Notes under the pieces: model-generated
The model's input: the letters and a program-made list of their open reading frames with translations, nothing else
Database searches by the model: none
What the model was told of the DNA's origin: nothing
Shown: piece after piece, positions 24,801-40,869 of the stretch
Layout of the letters: every line of letters starts with the position of its first letter
How positions within the stretch are numbered: the stretch's first letter is position 1
Position numbers and translations under genes: made by a program
Source of the DNA: Macrostomum lignano
Taxonomy: Eukaryota
Direction of reading: 5' to 3'
Length of the DNA: 64,000 nucleotides
Assembly: GCA_002269645.1 (NCBI GenBank)
Contig: NIVC01000302.1
Coordinates: 68,303 to 132,302, forward strand

Positions 24801-27800
24801 CTGCTAGTACTACTACGATACTGCTAGAACTACTACGATGCTACTAGAACTACTACGATACTGCTAGTACTACTACGATACTGCTAGAACTACTACGATG
24901 CTACTAGAACTACTACGATACTGCTAGAACTACTAGGATGCTACTAGAACTACTACGATACTGCTAGAACTACTACGATGCTACTAGAACTACTACGATA
25001 CTGCAGGCACTACTACGATGCTACTAGAACTACTACGATGCTACTAGAACTACTACGATGCTACTAGAACTACTACGATGCTACTAGAACTACTACGATG
25101 CTACTAGAACTACTACGATGCTACTAGAACTACTACGATGCTACTAGAACTACTACGATACTGCTAGAACTACTAGGATGCTACTAGAACTACTACGATA
25201 CTGCTAGAACTACTACGATGCTACTAGAACTACTACGATACTGCAGGCACTACTACGATGCTACTCCCGACCGAAAATATTTGTCCTTTCAAAAACAGTA
25301 AGTGTGCCAGTTGTGCCACAAATATGCCCTTTGACAGAGTTATAAATGTCTTTGTATGTCATATTTGGCACACTTGATACAATTGTACCAATTGTGCCGT
25401 AGCTATGCCATTTGGCACAGTTTGTAAATGTCGATGTATGTCCTATTTGGCACACTTGACACAAATAGTATTTTTACTGCTAATTGGCCAATGAAACCAA
25501 TTGGCACACTTGGCACACTTGCTACAATTGTTCCAGTTGTGCCACAGCTATACCATTTAGCACAGTTATAAATGTCTTTGTATGTTCTATTTGGCACACC
25601 TGGCACAAACAACCTTTTTATAGCTAATTCCCCTTGGAAACCATTTGGCACACTTGGCGCACTTACTACAAGTGTACCAGTTGTGCCACAGCTATACTAT
25701 TTGACACAGTTATATAACTGTCTTGGACTGTCCTTCTTGGCACACTTGGCACGAATATCCTTTTTATAGCTAATTGGTTATTAAAACAGACTGGCACACT
25801 TGGCACACTTGCTACAATTGTACCAGTTGTGCCACAGCTATGACATTTGGCACAGTTATATGTCTTTGTCCTTCTTGGCACACTTGGCTCAAATAACCTT
25901 TTTTATTGCTAATTACCTAACAAAACTGTTCGACGCACACCCGGTGCAACTTGCACTGAGGCTGCGACGTCAGTAGCTTCGATTTTGGCAGATGACCGGC
26001 AGGTTTTCACTCCCAACTTGCGGCATGATCTGCTCAGACGCTCGAAAATGGCGCAACCGCGTTTGATTGACGCCATTACAAAAGAACTAAAGCAGCAGAT
26101 CACGCAGCATCTCGCCGTCCATCTAGATCAGCTCGTGGACCCAGCCGTCACAGTTGACAACATGCTGGTCGACGACAATGGAAAGAAATTATACTACGGT
26201 AAGAAATTAATAGTCCTTCATTTATGATCGCGCAAATATCCTATTGTTACTCTCAAACGCTCTTCAATCCTTAAAAAACACCTCTGCAGCCAATCGGTTT
26301 CGCCTTTACGTCCAACGTCGCTTGGACCAGGGTCACGGCCAGTAAGGATATATCAAGAACCAACGACTCCGGCCAACCTCAATGCACTTCTCCGCAAGAT
26401 GGTGCGGGGGTGCTTCAGCGACGACGAGATTTTGGTAACGTCGTTGAGCGGTCGCGCTACTGAGCCTGGTCGGCCACGCCTGCTACCTGGCTGGAATCGA
26501 CATCCCAACCAATGAAAGCGATTGAAAAGGCCTACGTCCGATGCTCCATCACCATCAGTCGGCGTGAAAAGCAATCCGGACGTTTGCCTGTAAAGAAACT
26601 TCGTCAAGGTGCGGCTGCCAATGTCACTGACACTGTGCAGTCGGAGGCGGCTAATGCACTCGCGAGGACTGAGCGCGGGATATCTGCTGTTGCATCTAGC
26701 AAAACTAAACTTGTTTGGCAGATGCGGGACCCGTCTAGCTTGGTCTGTCTCCCTCATGTTTCTGGTTTTGTTTTCCCCTGGAAATATGCTCTTTCCCACA
26801 TAAAGTAACCAACTACATTACTATAGTTAGTGCCAGACTCGTAAATTACAATAGCACCAGGAATCAGACTTGTTGTCTAACTAGAAAAGTATAGGGGAAC
26901 AGAGGTATTGGAGCTGGTTTCACTAATTGCTTGTTTTTTATCTAGTTGTTTGTTTGTGCTTTTTAAATTAGTGTATACATTAGATGTATACATGTTGTTA
27001 CATTAAAATCCTGTGCCACGTGTAGTCGACTCAGTAGTTAATTTGTTACATTGCATGTTTTAATTTCAAATGTATTAGAAGTGTAAACTCTTTGACTGGC
27101 ACCACAATTTTCATGCACCGCGCTTTTTAATTACGTTGTTTTGTTTCCTGTCCAATGTCCGCTGTCTGTTATGTTTCTTTCCGTTAACTTCTAGTATGCA
27201 TTTTTTAATTCCGCAGCCTCCCCTTTTTCCTGTTTTATACATGTTTTTTTGTCCTATTTGCTACTTCTCATTAAATATATACGTATTTATGCAACATCCC
27301 TTTTTCCAACTGTTTTAATCTGTTTATGTTCGCGCTCAACATTATTTTAAAGTTTAATTTACATTGACAACTCTTTTCAATTTGTCTTCCCTCATTTAAA
27401 CATGAGAAGGACCTCTCGCAAATCTTAGCTACTTCATACACTTCATAACTCGTAGTTGACTAACGGGTCAACTATAACAGCATCAGATAGCATATTATGC
27501 GCTTAGTTCAACTGCTTTAAACTGCAATTCACTCGTCTGGAGAATTTACGCCAAATGGCACAGTACGCGCTAGTTTAACTGCTTCTAGCTGCACATTTAC
27601 TCGTATGGTGCCAAATGGTACATTTATGGCACAGTTGTGCACAATTATAAGCATTCAAAAATGGCTCAGACAACTGGCACAGTTGTGGCACAGTTGTGGC
27701 ACAGCAGTGCACAATTAAAAATTTGATTCTTAATTGTGTCACATGTGCCAATTGGCACAGCTTGGCACAGTTATATTTGTGCCAAGCTGTGCCACCAATT

Positions 27801-29365
27801 GTCGATTCTCACAAATTTCGTGTCGTTTCGACAGTTATTTTGGGATTCCCCCCAATTCATTTTTTATGTGCTATTTGACGCATTTAAAGAACAATTATTT
27901 CCGGTCGGGCTAGAACTACTACGATGCTACTAGAACTACTACGATGCTACTAGAACTACTACGATGCTACTAGAACTACTACGATGCTAATAGAACTACT
28001 ACGATACTGCTAGTACTAGAACTACTACGATGCTACTAGAACTACTACGATACTACAGGCACTACTACGATACTACTAAAATCTTCCGTCAACTAAAGAC
28101 GGCAACGACGATCACAACATACTACTACAACTTACACTACAGTTACAAATCCGTGATCATCACTAATTTATAAACACATTAATTCTCCAGTAAAACCAAG
28201 CACTATCATCATTTTGCCTTACTAAATTTTTAGCATCCTTTTGACGTCGCTGGCACAGCTTCGGTTTGACGAATTCCTCAGTTAAGGCAGCCGCGCCGGA
28301 GGCTGAGGCACCCGAGAAGTTTAAGGAAGCGGCCGGTCCATTGATGGCCGCCAAGGGGTTTAGCTGAGGCTGATTAGCTTGTAGCTGCTGCGGCTGCGGC
28401 AACTGCTGCTGCTGCTGCTGCTGCTGCTGCAAAGAAGAACTGGAAGTGGAAGATCTTTGGCTTCGTCGATGATGATCGAGTTTCACACTTGGGAGAGGCA
28501 GGTCAGGCAGGGTTGATAGCCGCTGCTGCTGCTGTTGTTGCTGCGACCGTCTCGACTTGCTGCCCGAGCTGCCCGCAGTCGCCAGCTCCATGCCCGGCGG
28601 CATAGGCAAATTCGGCATTGTCGATAACCGACGCTGCGTCGTCTCCTTGGCAACAGCCGAGCCGGCGGCCGAAGAGGCTACGGCGGCGGGTTTGCCAGCT
28701 GGCAGGCTAATGTCTTCTAGCCGGACCTCCGAGTGGTGTTGCTCTTTGCCAGCCTGGTTGCCATGGTGATGACGCGCCAACTTACTAGCTGGCGGCTGTT
28801 GATCGTTGGATACAGAAGCTGCAGGCCGCTTTGAACTGCCGCTGCCAGCTGACGAAGAAGATGATGATTGCTGCTGCTGCTGCTGCTGCTGCTTTTGCTG
28901 CTTCGGCACTTCCGGAGGCGGTGGCAGAGCGCAGCCGGTGTTGCGGGAGATCTCCGACCAGAGCCCGACGCTGATGCTGGGCCGCTGCTGATCGCGGCTG
29001 CCGCTGGAGCTGCCGCCTTCGACTCGGTCGCGCCTGCCGCGGTCCCGCGATCTGGACCGGTCGCGAGCAGTCGCGGGGGCGTTCAGATGCCGGCTGGATG
29101 TCGTTCGGTGCCGATGCTGGCTGCGATCGGCAGAGGCGGCTGCGATGGCCGGAGTCGCGGAAGATGCCGGGGCTTGCCGCTTTGCTTTTGGCGCCGGGAC
29201 GGAACTGTCGGAGTCGCTGCCGCCGACCAACTCTGGGCTGCGACGCTGAAGCCGTTTGGCTTTCTTCTCTTTCTTGTCTTTCTTCTGCTTTTTCTCCTTT
29301 TTTTCTTTCTTTTCCTTCTTTTTCTTTTCCTTCTTCTTTTTCTTTAGCTTTTTATCTTCCTGCAT
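21365..29365 (-). CDS. CDK12: Cyclin-dependent kinase 12/13-like (CTD kinase), about 883 aa
   Basis: Exons 29365-28223, 24219-23554, 22701-22441, 21946-21365, all phase 0 with GT-AG. Motifs [57 protein letters not shown] and the CDK12/13 C-terminal extension [16 protein letters not shown]-rich N-terminus; an upstream exon cannot be excluded. Confidence 0.93.
22001..22408. repeat. 20-bp minisatellite CTGAAGGATCTGTGAGGCTA filling CDK12 intron 3
   Basis: About 20 tandem units. Confidence 0.95.
23236..23400 (+). mobile_element. Tc1/IS630-like transposase N-terminal HTH fragment in CDK12 intron 2
   Basis: [50 protein letters not shown] has the pattern of a paired-type HTH; no catalytic domain follows. 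Confidence 0.4.
24270..25265. repeat. 20-bp minisatellite CTACTAGAACTACTACGATG (continues at 27910-28080)
   Basis: Tandem units on both sides of the 25266-27909 insertion. Confidence 0.95.
25266..27909 (+). mobile_element. Non-autonomous EnSpm/CMC-like DNA transposon with subterminal repeats and a BEN-like coding relic
   Basis: Imperfect TIR CCCGACCG(A/G)AAATA(T/A)TTGT(C/T)CTTT, 23/27 identical. 2-bp CT duplication of the host array. TTGGCACA/TGTGCCA repeats in both orientations at about 25300-25900 and 27550-27810. Confidence 0.7.
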
Positions 29366-29429
29366 CTAAAATATTGTGGATTAAGAAATATAAGCACACA
29401 GCATGGGCGTGAAAAACAGTTTCAAGCAC

Positions 29430-30030
29430 TGATGGAGCGGAGAGGCAGATGCTCAGGGACTGATGGAGCGGAGAGGCAGATGCTCAGGGACTGATGGAGC
29501 GGAGAGGCAGATTCTCAGGGACTGATGGAGCGGAGAGGCAGATTCTCAGGGACTGATAAAGCGGAGAGGCAGATTCTCAGGGACTGATGGAGCGGAGAGG
29601 CAGATTCTCAGGGACTGATGGAGCGGAGAGGCAGATTCTCAGGGACTGATGGAGCGGAGAGGCAGATGCTCAGGGACTGATGGAGCGGAGAGGCAGATGC
29701 TCAGGGACTGATGGAGCGGAGAGGAAGATTCTCAGGGACTGATGGAGCGGAGAGGCAGATGCTCAGGGACTGATGGAGCGGAGAGGCAGATGCTCAGGGA
29801 CTGATGGAGCGGAGAGGAAGATTCTCAGGGACTGAGGGAGCGGAGAGGCAGATTCTCAGGGACGGGGGGGGAGCAGAGAGGCCGATTCTCAGGGACTGAT
29901 GGAGCGGAGAGGCAGATTCTCAGGGACGGGGGGAGCAGAGAGGCCGATTCTCAGGGACTGATGGAGCGGAGAGGCAGATTCTCAGGGACTGATGGAGCGG
30001 AGAGGCAGATTCTCATGACTGATGGAGATG
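29430..30030. repeat. 31-bp minisatellite GATGGAGCGGAGAGGCAGATTCTCAGGGACT between AIFM1 and CDK12
   Basis: Tandem units read directly. Confidence 0.93.
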
Positions 30031-30555
30031 ATGAGGGAGATCCCACAAGGGTGAATCAAAGTGTCTCTGAGCAAGCCCGAACGAAAATAAGCGACTTGAA
30101 GGCGCAGTTCCAATTAATCGCATCATTAGTTTTGCAGAAGACATAGCAGATTAACCAAAAACAATGTATGAAACAAGAGCTGGGAACTCTGGAAAATAGA
30201 CAGCAATTCTATAGTTGGTAAGCTGAACGGTAGATTCTGCGACCGTTAGGCACAAAGCCGCGTGTAGGTTTTTCTGCTTTAAACGCATTATTAAATCGCT
30301 AGATTTTTCGCTAATGAATGAATGCATAGAGACAGCAATGTGATAAATTTGACAGCTATAAAAACGGGAGAGAATAACAAAACTAGGGGCGAAGTTTGCG
30401 TAGTCTATTTCTTACAATACGAAGTCTCTCGTATAACAGCCCAATTTCCACTAGCTTCTATTTTGTTCCCAACTAGAAAACAAACTAGCACGCTACTATT
30501 AGTACTAGCGGACACAGAAGATGACATATTTTTTTTGCTAATAGGCGAAACAATC

Positions 30556-33500
30556 TCAGGCGGGCACTGGCGCTGATGCAACACCGGTTGCGGCAGGACC
30601 CGACGAATTGGCAGTCGCCGATGCCTCCGCCTGCTGCTGCTGCTGTCTCTCCTTGGTCTCCATGTACTTCTTCAAATCCTGATAGTCGTCGTCGACAGTC
30701 TGGTAGACGTCGAACTCTCTAGCCAGAGCCTGCAGCGCCGCTGGATCCGCCAGCTGCCTCTCCGCCAGCACCTTCCTGGCCAGATTGAGCCTCGACGGAG
30801 CGAACGCTTTCTTATCTTGAAAGATTTCGTCTGTCAAATTCCACAGCAGGATGCCAACAACCCGACCGGCTTTCAGGTAGAAAACCACTCCCGGATACTG
30901 ATAGTCCTCCGCGGTGTCGCTGCCGGCTGCTCCATCATCGGATGCTGGCGGAGGCATAGCAAAGAATGATTGAGTCTCTAGGCGGGAGTCAACTAATCCC
31001 ACAGCGTCCCAGGCCAGTGTGTTGGCCAGGTTGCACCAGAACGAGCTCTGGTGCTGGTAGGTGGACCGTTTCCTGTCCGGATCAGCCGGCTCGGACGCCA
31101 TGTTCCGGCCGGCAACGGCGCCGCTCTCCTCAGCGTGGTTGACGTGCTCAACTCGACGCCTGCCAAGCAGCACGTCGTAGTAGGAGCAGGCGTCCCCAGC
31201 CGCGTACAGATCGGCTCGAGCTTCCAGTTCGGCGTTCACTAGGAAGCCGCCGTCGCCTGGATCGATTTCTAATCCGGCCGATTCAGCTAGCTGAGTGTTG
31301 GCCTCGATGCCAACGGCAACCAGGCATAGGTCGGCTGAGAGGCTGCGGCCGGAGCTCAGGCCGACCTTCACTTGACCGGCGGCCGAGTCCCAGTCTACCG
31401 AGGTCACCCGCTCGCCGGGGTACTGGGCCACGCCGCTCTGGGCGATGAATTTTGACGTGTGCTCGGATAGGTGAGGCGGCAAAACGTGAGCCAAGGTGCC
31501 GGACTCTTTAAACACTTGGTGCACCTGCGATTGATTGGTTGGTGGAGTTCTGTGAAAAATACTGTATTGGAGATTGTGAAGCACTGGGAGGAGCTATGTC
31601 GCTGTAGGATAGCGGCGGCCAGTTCAATTAAGCGGGGGGGGGGTTTGCAGCGGACAGATCAATTAAGCGGAAGGTTTAGCAGCGGCCAGATCAATTAAGC
31701 GGAAGGTTTAGCAGCGGCCAGATCAATTAAGCGGAAGGTTTAGCAGCGGCCAGATCAATTAAGCGGGGGGTTTGCAGCGGCCAGATCAATTAAGGGGGGG
31801 GGTTTGCAGCGGCCAGATCAATTAAGGGGGGGGGTTTGCAGCGGACAGATCAATTAAGCGGGGGGTTGTCAGCGGCCAGATCAAGTAAGCGGGGGGGTTT
31901 AGCGTCGGCCAGATCAATTAAGCGGGGGGTTTGCAGCGGCCAGTTCAATTAAGCGGGGGGGGGTTTGCAGCGGACAGATCAATTAAGCGGAAGGTTTAGC
32001 AGCGGCCAGATCAATTAAGCGGGGGGTTTGCAGCGGCCAGATCAATTAAGGGGGGGGGTTTGCAGCGGCCAGATCAATTAAGGGGGGGTTTGCAGCGGAC
32101 AGATCAATTAAGCGGGGGGTTGTCAGCGGCCAGATCAAGTAAGCGGGGGGTTTAGCGTCGGCCAGATCAATTAAGCGGGGGGTTTGCAGCGGCCAGTTCA
32201 AGTAAGCGGGGGGGGTTTAGCGTCGGCCAGATCAATTAAGCGGGGGGGGGGTTAGCGGCGGCCAGTTCAAGCAAGCGGGGGAGGGGGGTTAGCGGCTAGA
32301 CCAATTAAGCGGACCGAGATGATCGGTTTAAGCAGGGGAGGGGGGTTAGCGAATGCTGAATCCAGCTACACTGACAGCAAACTACTCACCTCCAAGCCGG
32401 TTTTCTTAGCCACCTCTGTCAAGCTAACAGCTAGCTCACAGCCGAGGAAGCCGCCGCCAATTACAATGACAGATTTCGCTTGATTAGCTTTGTTGCGCAA
32501 CGATTGAAAATCGTCGATATTGCGAAAGTAGGCAGTCCTGGCGGCCACCTCGGGCGACTGGGCGGCGGCGGCGTCGAACACGGGCAGGGTGCGGGGCCGG
32601 CCGCCGGTGGCCAGCAGACATTTGCCGTATTCGATTCGATCGCCGCTATCCAACGTGACTCGCTTATCGGCGATGTCCAAGGCGATGACTCGGCGACCTT
32701 TCCACAGGCTGACGCCGCCGGTGTCCGCCAAATGAAGCCGGCGCGGCTCGATGAAAAACGAATCCGGCTCGACAAATAGCCAAGAATTGCGCCGCATATC
32801 GCCTAGCGGAGACAGCATGGCTTTCACTCGGTCATCTTTGCGACGCCACAGCTCTTTGGACAGCGGCGGGCGAAGGTACGGCGGGTAGGGCTCGTCGCCA
32901 ATCATTAGCACCTGTTGTTTTTAGGGAATGATTGTTAGAGTAATATTTAATGGTATGAGACAAGCTTCTGGCAGACGGGGAATTCTGAGAGGTCTCGGGA
33001 TGGGGAATTCTGAGAGAAGGTCTCGGGATGGGGAATTCTGAGGGAAGGCCTCGGGATGGGGAATTCTGAGAGAAGGTCTCGGGATGGGGACTTCTGGGAA
33101 GGTCTCGGGATGGGGAATTATGAGAGAAGGTCTCGGGATGGGGAATTCTGAGAGAAGGTCTCGGGATGGGGACTCCTGAGGGAAGGTCTCGGGATGGGGA
33201 ATTATGAGAGAAGGTCTCGGGATGGGGACTCCTGAGGGAAGGTCTCGGGATGGGGAATTATGAGAGAAGGTCTCGGGATGGGGACTCCTGAGGGAAGGTC
33301 TCGGGATGGGGAATTCTGAGAGAAGGTCTCGGGATGGGGAATTCTGAGAGAAGGTCTCGGGATGGGGAGTTCTAAGGGAAGGTCTCGGGATGGGGAATTC
33401 TGAGAGAAGGTCTCGGGATGGGGAATTCTGAGAGAAGGTCTCGGGATGGGGAATTCTGAGAGAAGGTCTCGGGATGGGGAGTTCTAAGGGAAGGTCTCGG

Positions 33501-34671
33501 GATGGGGAGTTCTGAGGGAAGGTCTCGGGATGGGGAATTATGAGAGAAGGTCTCGGGATGGGGACTCCTGAGGGAAGGTCTCGGGATGGGGAGTTCTGAG
33601 GGAAGGTCTCGGGATAGGGAATTCTGAGAGAAGGTCTCGGGATAGGGAATTCTGAGAGAAGGTCTCGGGATGGGGACTCCTGAGGGAAGGTCTCGGGATG
33701 GGGAGTTCTGAGGGAAGGTCTCGGGATAGGGAATTCTGAGAGAAGGTCTCGGGATAGGGAATTCTGAGAGAAGGTCTCGGGATGGGGAGTTCTAAGGGAA
33801 GGTCTCGGGATGGGGAGTTCTGAGGGAAGGTCTCGGGATGGGGAGTTCTGAGAACGATTAAAAGAGCTTTAAGGGCAACTTTAAGATAGCTCGTATTACA
33901 GAGTTAATTCAGAGTACACTCAGAGAGCAGCATTCTAACTGCATACACTTCTGAAGCACGCGCATACCGCACCTTAGAAAGCGGATCGCTAGCCCGGATA
34001 GCTCTAGCAGCCGCCATGCCGGCAAATCCGCTGCCAATAATTAAGTAGGGCACCCTGCTAGGCAAGCCGGTACGGTCGGACATTGTCACAACGGACCCGG
34101 GACTGTCCGCTGGCGCTGCTGGTGCCGGCAAAGTCGCCTGTTGCTCGGCAACAGTTCTCTGCGCCGTAGACTTGCCAGTAGCGGCGCCGCCAGCTGCCAG
34201 CGGCAGAGCGGCAGGCGCCGATCTGGTTAGAGCGCTCTTTTGCAACGATCGACTATCGCCGGCATCGGCCGCTGTTAATCCGTCGGTTCGTTTGATCTCG
34301 CCGCCATTATCGAATCGATCGATAGGCGTGACAATCCGACGCTGGCTGCGTTTCTGTTTGAGCTGCTGTTCGTAGGTAACATGCGTGGAACCTGTCGCTG
34401 AAGTGGTAGCTGCAGCCACCTGAGCAGTAGGACATCTACTGTCGGCATTGGGGCTGCTCAGAGCGGCAGCGGCCAGAGCAGCCACGGCAGCGGCGGCCGC
34501 TCCGATGCGGTAGAAACGACCGGCAGAATCTCCGGCGTTGTCGCCGCCGTTACCGCCGCCGCTCCCACTGGTTGAGGCTGCGATGAAGCGCGAATGAAAC
34601 TGGCGGCTGCTATAAAGTGCAGCGCGCTGATGACGGGCGGCCGATGAGGCTAAGCGTGAGAATCGAAGCAT
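30556..34671 (-). CDS. AIFM1: Apoptosis-inducing factor 1, mitochondrial flavoprotein, about 729 aa
   Basis: Exons 34671-33973, 32911-32390, 31524-30556 (phase 0, GT-AG). Mitochondrial presequence and hydrophobic segment; PYLIIGSG, PYLRPPLSKELW, LLATGG, GGGFLGCELA, RRRVEH, QSSFWCNL, AVGLVDS, GVVFYL..VVGILLWN. Confidence 0.93.
31615..32330. repeat. ~32-bp G-tract minisatellite in AIFM1 intron 2
   Basis: GATCAATTAAGCGGGGGGTTTGCAGCGGCCA-type units. Confidence 0.92.
32985..33852. repeat. 28-bp minisatellite TCGGGATGGGGAATTCTGAGAGAAGGTC in AIFM1 intron 1
   Basis: About 30 tandem units. Confidence 0.95.
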
Positions 34672-35639
34672 TGTTCAGGTGTACCAATTGTACTAGTTGG
34701 GGGATCAGGAATGGCGTTAGCAGTGATTCAAGTGTAACGCAGAAACACTCAAATTTATCATTTATAATGAAGATTATAGTAGAAGGCTAAAGGGCTAAAG
34801 TACACATACGAGTAAGGGCGACTCTCAGTGACGGTACAAGGCGATTCTTAGAAAACATACAGGCCGATTCTTAGTAACGTTACAAGGAATTTTTAGGAGA
34901 GGGGTACAAGGCGATTCTTAGGAAAGGGGTACAAGGCGATTCTTAGGAAAGGGGTACAAGGCGATTCTTAGGAAAGGGGTACAAGGCGATTCTTAAGAAA
35001 AGGTACAGGGCGATTTTTAGAAAAAGGTACTGAGCGATTCTCATTGATGGTACAGGACATTTTTCAGGAAAGATAAAAGGCGATTTTTATTAAATGTACA
35101 GCACGATTTTGTGGAACAGTAAAAATATTGTTTTTAAAAATTAAGGTACAGGGCGATTTTTAGAAACTCCTTAAAATTGTGGGAAAGTAAAGCAAAGAGT
35201 AACGCAAAGAGTGAACCAGTACGAGCGTAAATATTTTGACTATTAAAGCGCAATAGCATAGTGCATTAATTTTTGTCGGATAGAGGACACATTATAGCTA
35301 AATAATAGATTGGCACAAGTGCGCACAGCATCTTTATCGCGGAGCTAAAAACAGAATGAATTAAAAACAAAAAATTTCGATACAATTCCGACTAAAACAG
35401 ATGCGGGAAAACGCTAATATTTTACTTGTAATCCAGGTAGCAGCAATAAGAATTTAGACAGCAGAGCAATATTCACGGCACACAGTATTGCACCGAGCTG
35501 ACAGAGATAATTAACCGTACTACTAAATGAAGAAATTCTAGGCAAGGAAATTTCCTGCTTGTACGATAGCAATAGAAACCAGATTTTAATGCAGCCTGCT
35601 GACGTTCTGTGCATCTGGTTTCCTCTGAGAGGGCAGTGG

Positions 35640-36737
35640 CCCAGCAACTGAGGATCTGGGAAGCTGGTCCAGCAACTGAGGATCTGGGAAGCTGGTCCAG
35701 CAACTGAGGATCTGGGAAGCTGGTCCCGCAACTGAGGATCTGGGAAGCTGGTCCAGCAACTGAGGATCTGGGAAGCTGGTCCAGCAACTGAGGATCTGGG
35801 AAGCTGGTCCAGCAACTGAGGATCTGGGAAGCTGGTCCAGCAACTGAGGATCTGGGAAGCTGGTCCAGCAACTGAGGATCTGGGAGGCTGGCCCAGCAAC
35901 TGAGGATCTGGGAAGCTGGTCCAGCAACTGAGGATCTGGGAGGCTGGCCCAGCAACTGAGGATCTGGGAAGCTGGCCCAGCAACTGAGGATCTGGGAAGC
36001 TGGCCCAGAAACCGAGGATCTGGGAGGCTGGCCCAGCAACTGAGGATCTGGGAAGCTGGCCCAGCAACCGAGGATCTGGGAGGCTGGCCCATCAACTGAG
36101 GATTTGGGAAGCTGGCCCAGCAACCGAGGATCTGGGAAGCTGGCCCAGCAACTGAGGATCTGGGAAGCTGGCCCAGCAACTGAGGATCTGGGAGGCTCGC
36201 TGTTTTTTTATTAGAGCCAGGGGGTTGTGTGCACCCTGGCGCACTTCAAGCGACATAGGCACACAACCGGCGAGAGGCATTACTGCCCATTCCGCCGACT
36301 CCCCTGAGCAGGCACACAAGCGCGCGGATACGTACGCAGGCACACACTCACACAGGAGTGTACAGCGGCCCTAACTTTATTGATCGTTAGGCATGTACAC
36401 TTCACTGCGCCTTGGGGGGTTGGCTCTCAAGGCCGTTAATTGCACAAGCAGAGCCAAGCCGAGATTCCAATTTAGCCCCAAATTAATATGACTGCACTTG
36501 GAATCGAGCCTGGGTCGCTGGCACACCAGAGCCTGCGCTAGACCGCGGGGCTACGGCCCCCTATCTGGGAGGCTGGCCAAGAAACCGAGGATCAGGGAGG
36601 CTGGCCCAGCAACCGAGGATCTGGGTGGCTGGCCCAGCAACTGTAGGAGCTGGGAGGCTGGCCGAGCAACTGAGGATCTGGGAAGCTGGCCCAGAAACCG
36701 AGGATCTGGGAAGCTGGCCCAGCAACTGAGGATCTGA
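35640..36737. repeat. 28-bp minisatellite CAGCAACTGAGGATCTGGGAAGCTGG(T/C)C interrupted by a SINE
   Basis: Units at 35640-36197 and 36563-36737. Confidence 0.93.
36198..36562 (-). mobile_element. tRNA-derived SINE, apparently full length
   Basis: Minus-strand head GGCCGTAGCCCCGCGGTCTAGCG...CCCAGGCTCGATTCCAAGTGCAGTC (36558-36490) with A-box-like and B-box-like motifs and a 6/7-paired acceptor stem. Tail CTAATAAAAAAA. Flanked by ATCTGGGAGGCT (36186-36197, 36563-36574). Further copies at 52078-52293 and about 38963-39090. Confidence 0.8.
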
Positions 36738-37489
36738 AGCACGAGTGAACGCACTATGCTAAGAATTGTTTTGCCGTGAAGTTATTCAAAATAGGTGCAA
36801 AGTAACAAGCAGTCAATTCGAATGGCAGCCAAAAAGATCAATAAAAACAATCGTAACCAGCGATGCAAGTCACGAACAGAAGGGTGAATAAATTTGTAGA
36901 ATTTCTGTAACCGAATATTATCTCCATATATGGGATGCATATAAACTGAAAACAAATAAGCTACTGTCAGAATGAAATGGTAGCACGATTCCGCTAACAT
37001 AAATCAAATAAACTAATGGAATGCATCTTTTTAGAAAAGCAGATCAGAATTAATAAGATTACAAATTTGCTGTCTATCTAATAAATATATAACACGCAAT
37101 GACAGCAGAACAACAGCAAGAGGAAAAAGATTTTGAATTTTTCATATTTCTGAATAAATTTCTATCGGTAAATATAAATCTTTCCTACCTGCTAATTAGT
37201 ACGCTCGGATTGCATATTCGCTATCAATGAACTCATTGTCGATTTACATTACAGTCAACGGGGGCACCAGATGTACACTGCCAGAAATCATGTTTTTTGT
37301 ATATAGGATAATTCTAAATACTACTGAATCGAAAGTAGCTTATTCTAGACATATATGTCGATTTAAATATTACAGACTCGTCCAACTCCAAATCACGAGA
37401 ATATCAAGCTTGATCTACAACACCAGCAGTTAAAAAAATTATTAAATTGGATTGGATAAATATAGATTGGTGGGGATAAAAAATTCTGG

Positions 37490-37800
37490 ATCGGCAGGAG
37501 TCCACATCCCAATATTTGTCGGGATCCTGGGATTTGTGTTTAATCGCATTGGGATCCAGATCCCAATATTTGTCGGGATCCTGGGACATTGGGATAATCG
37601 CATCTGGATCAAGATCCCAATATTTGTCGGGATCCTGGGACATTGGGATAATCGCATCGGGATCAAGATCCCAATATTTGTCGGGATCCTGGGACATTGG
37701 GATAATCACATCGGGATCAAGATCCCAATATTTGTCGGGATCCTGGGACATTGGGATAATCGCATTGGGATATAGATCCCAATATTCGTCGAGATCCCGT
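37490..37800. repeat. 54-bp minisatellite just downstream of the GMDS stop codon
   Basis: TCCCAATATTTGTCGGGATCCTGGG recurs every 54 bp (37561, 37615...). Confidence 0.92.
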
Positions 37801-37853
37801 CCTACCCCTGTCTGTAGTTCAGTATCGGCCCCAGTCACCCAACTGTAGGCTGT

Positions 37854-40869
<3,016 letters not shown>

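Noticed and set aside
31615-32340. Interstitial telomeric repeats
   Set aside because: GGGGTTAG-like words are parts of a 32-bp unit, not (TTAGGG)n runs.
36490-36558. Functional tRNA gene
   Set aside because: The anticodon arm is abnormal, the B box has T>C, and the head is attached to a repeated body with an A tail; better explained as a SINE head.
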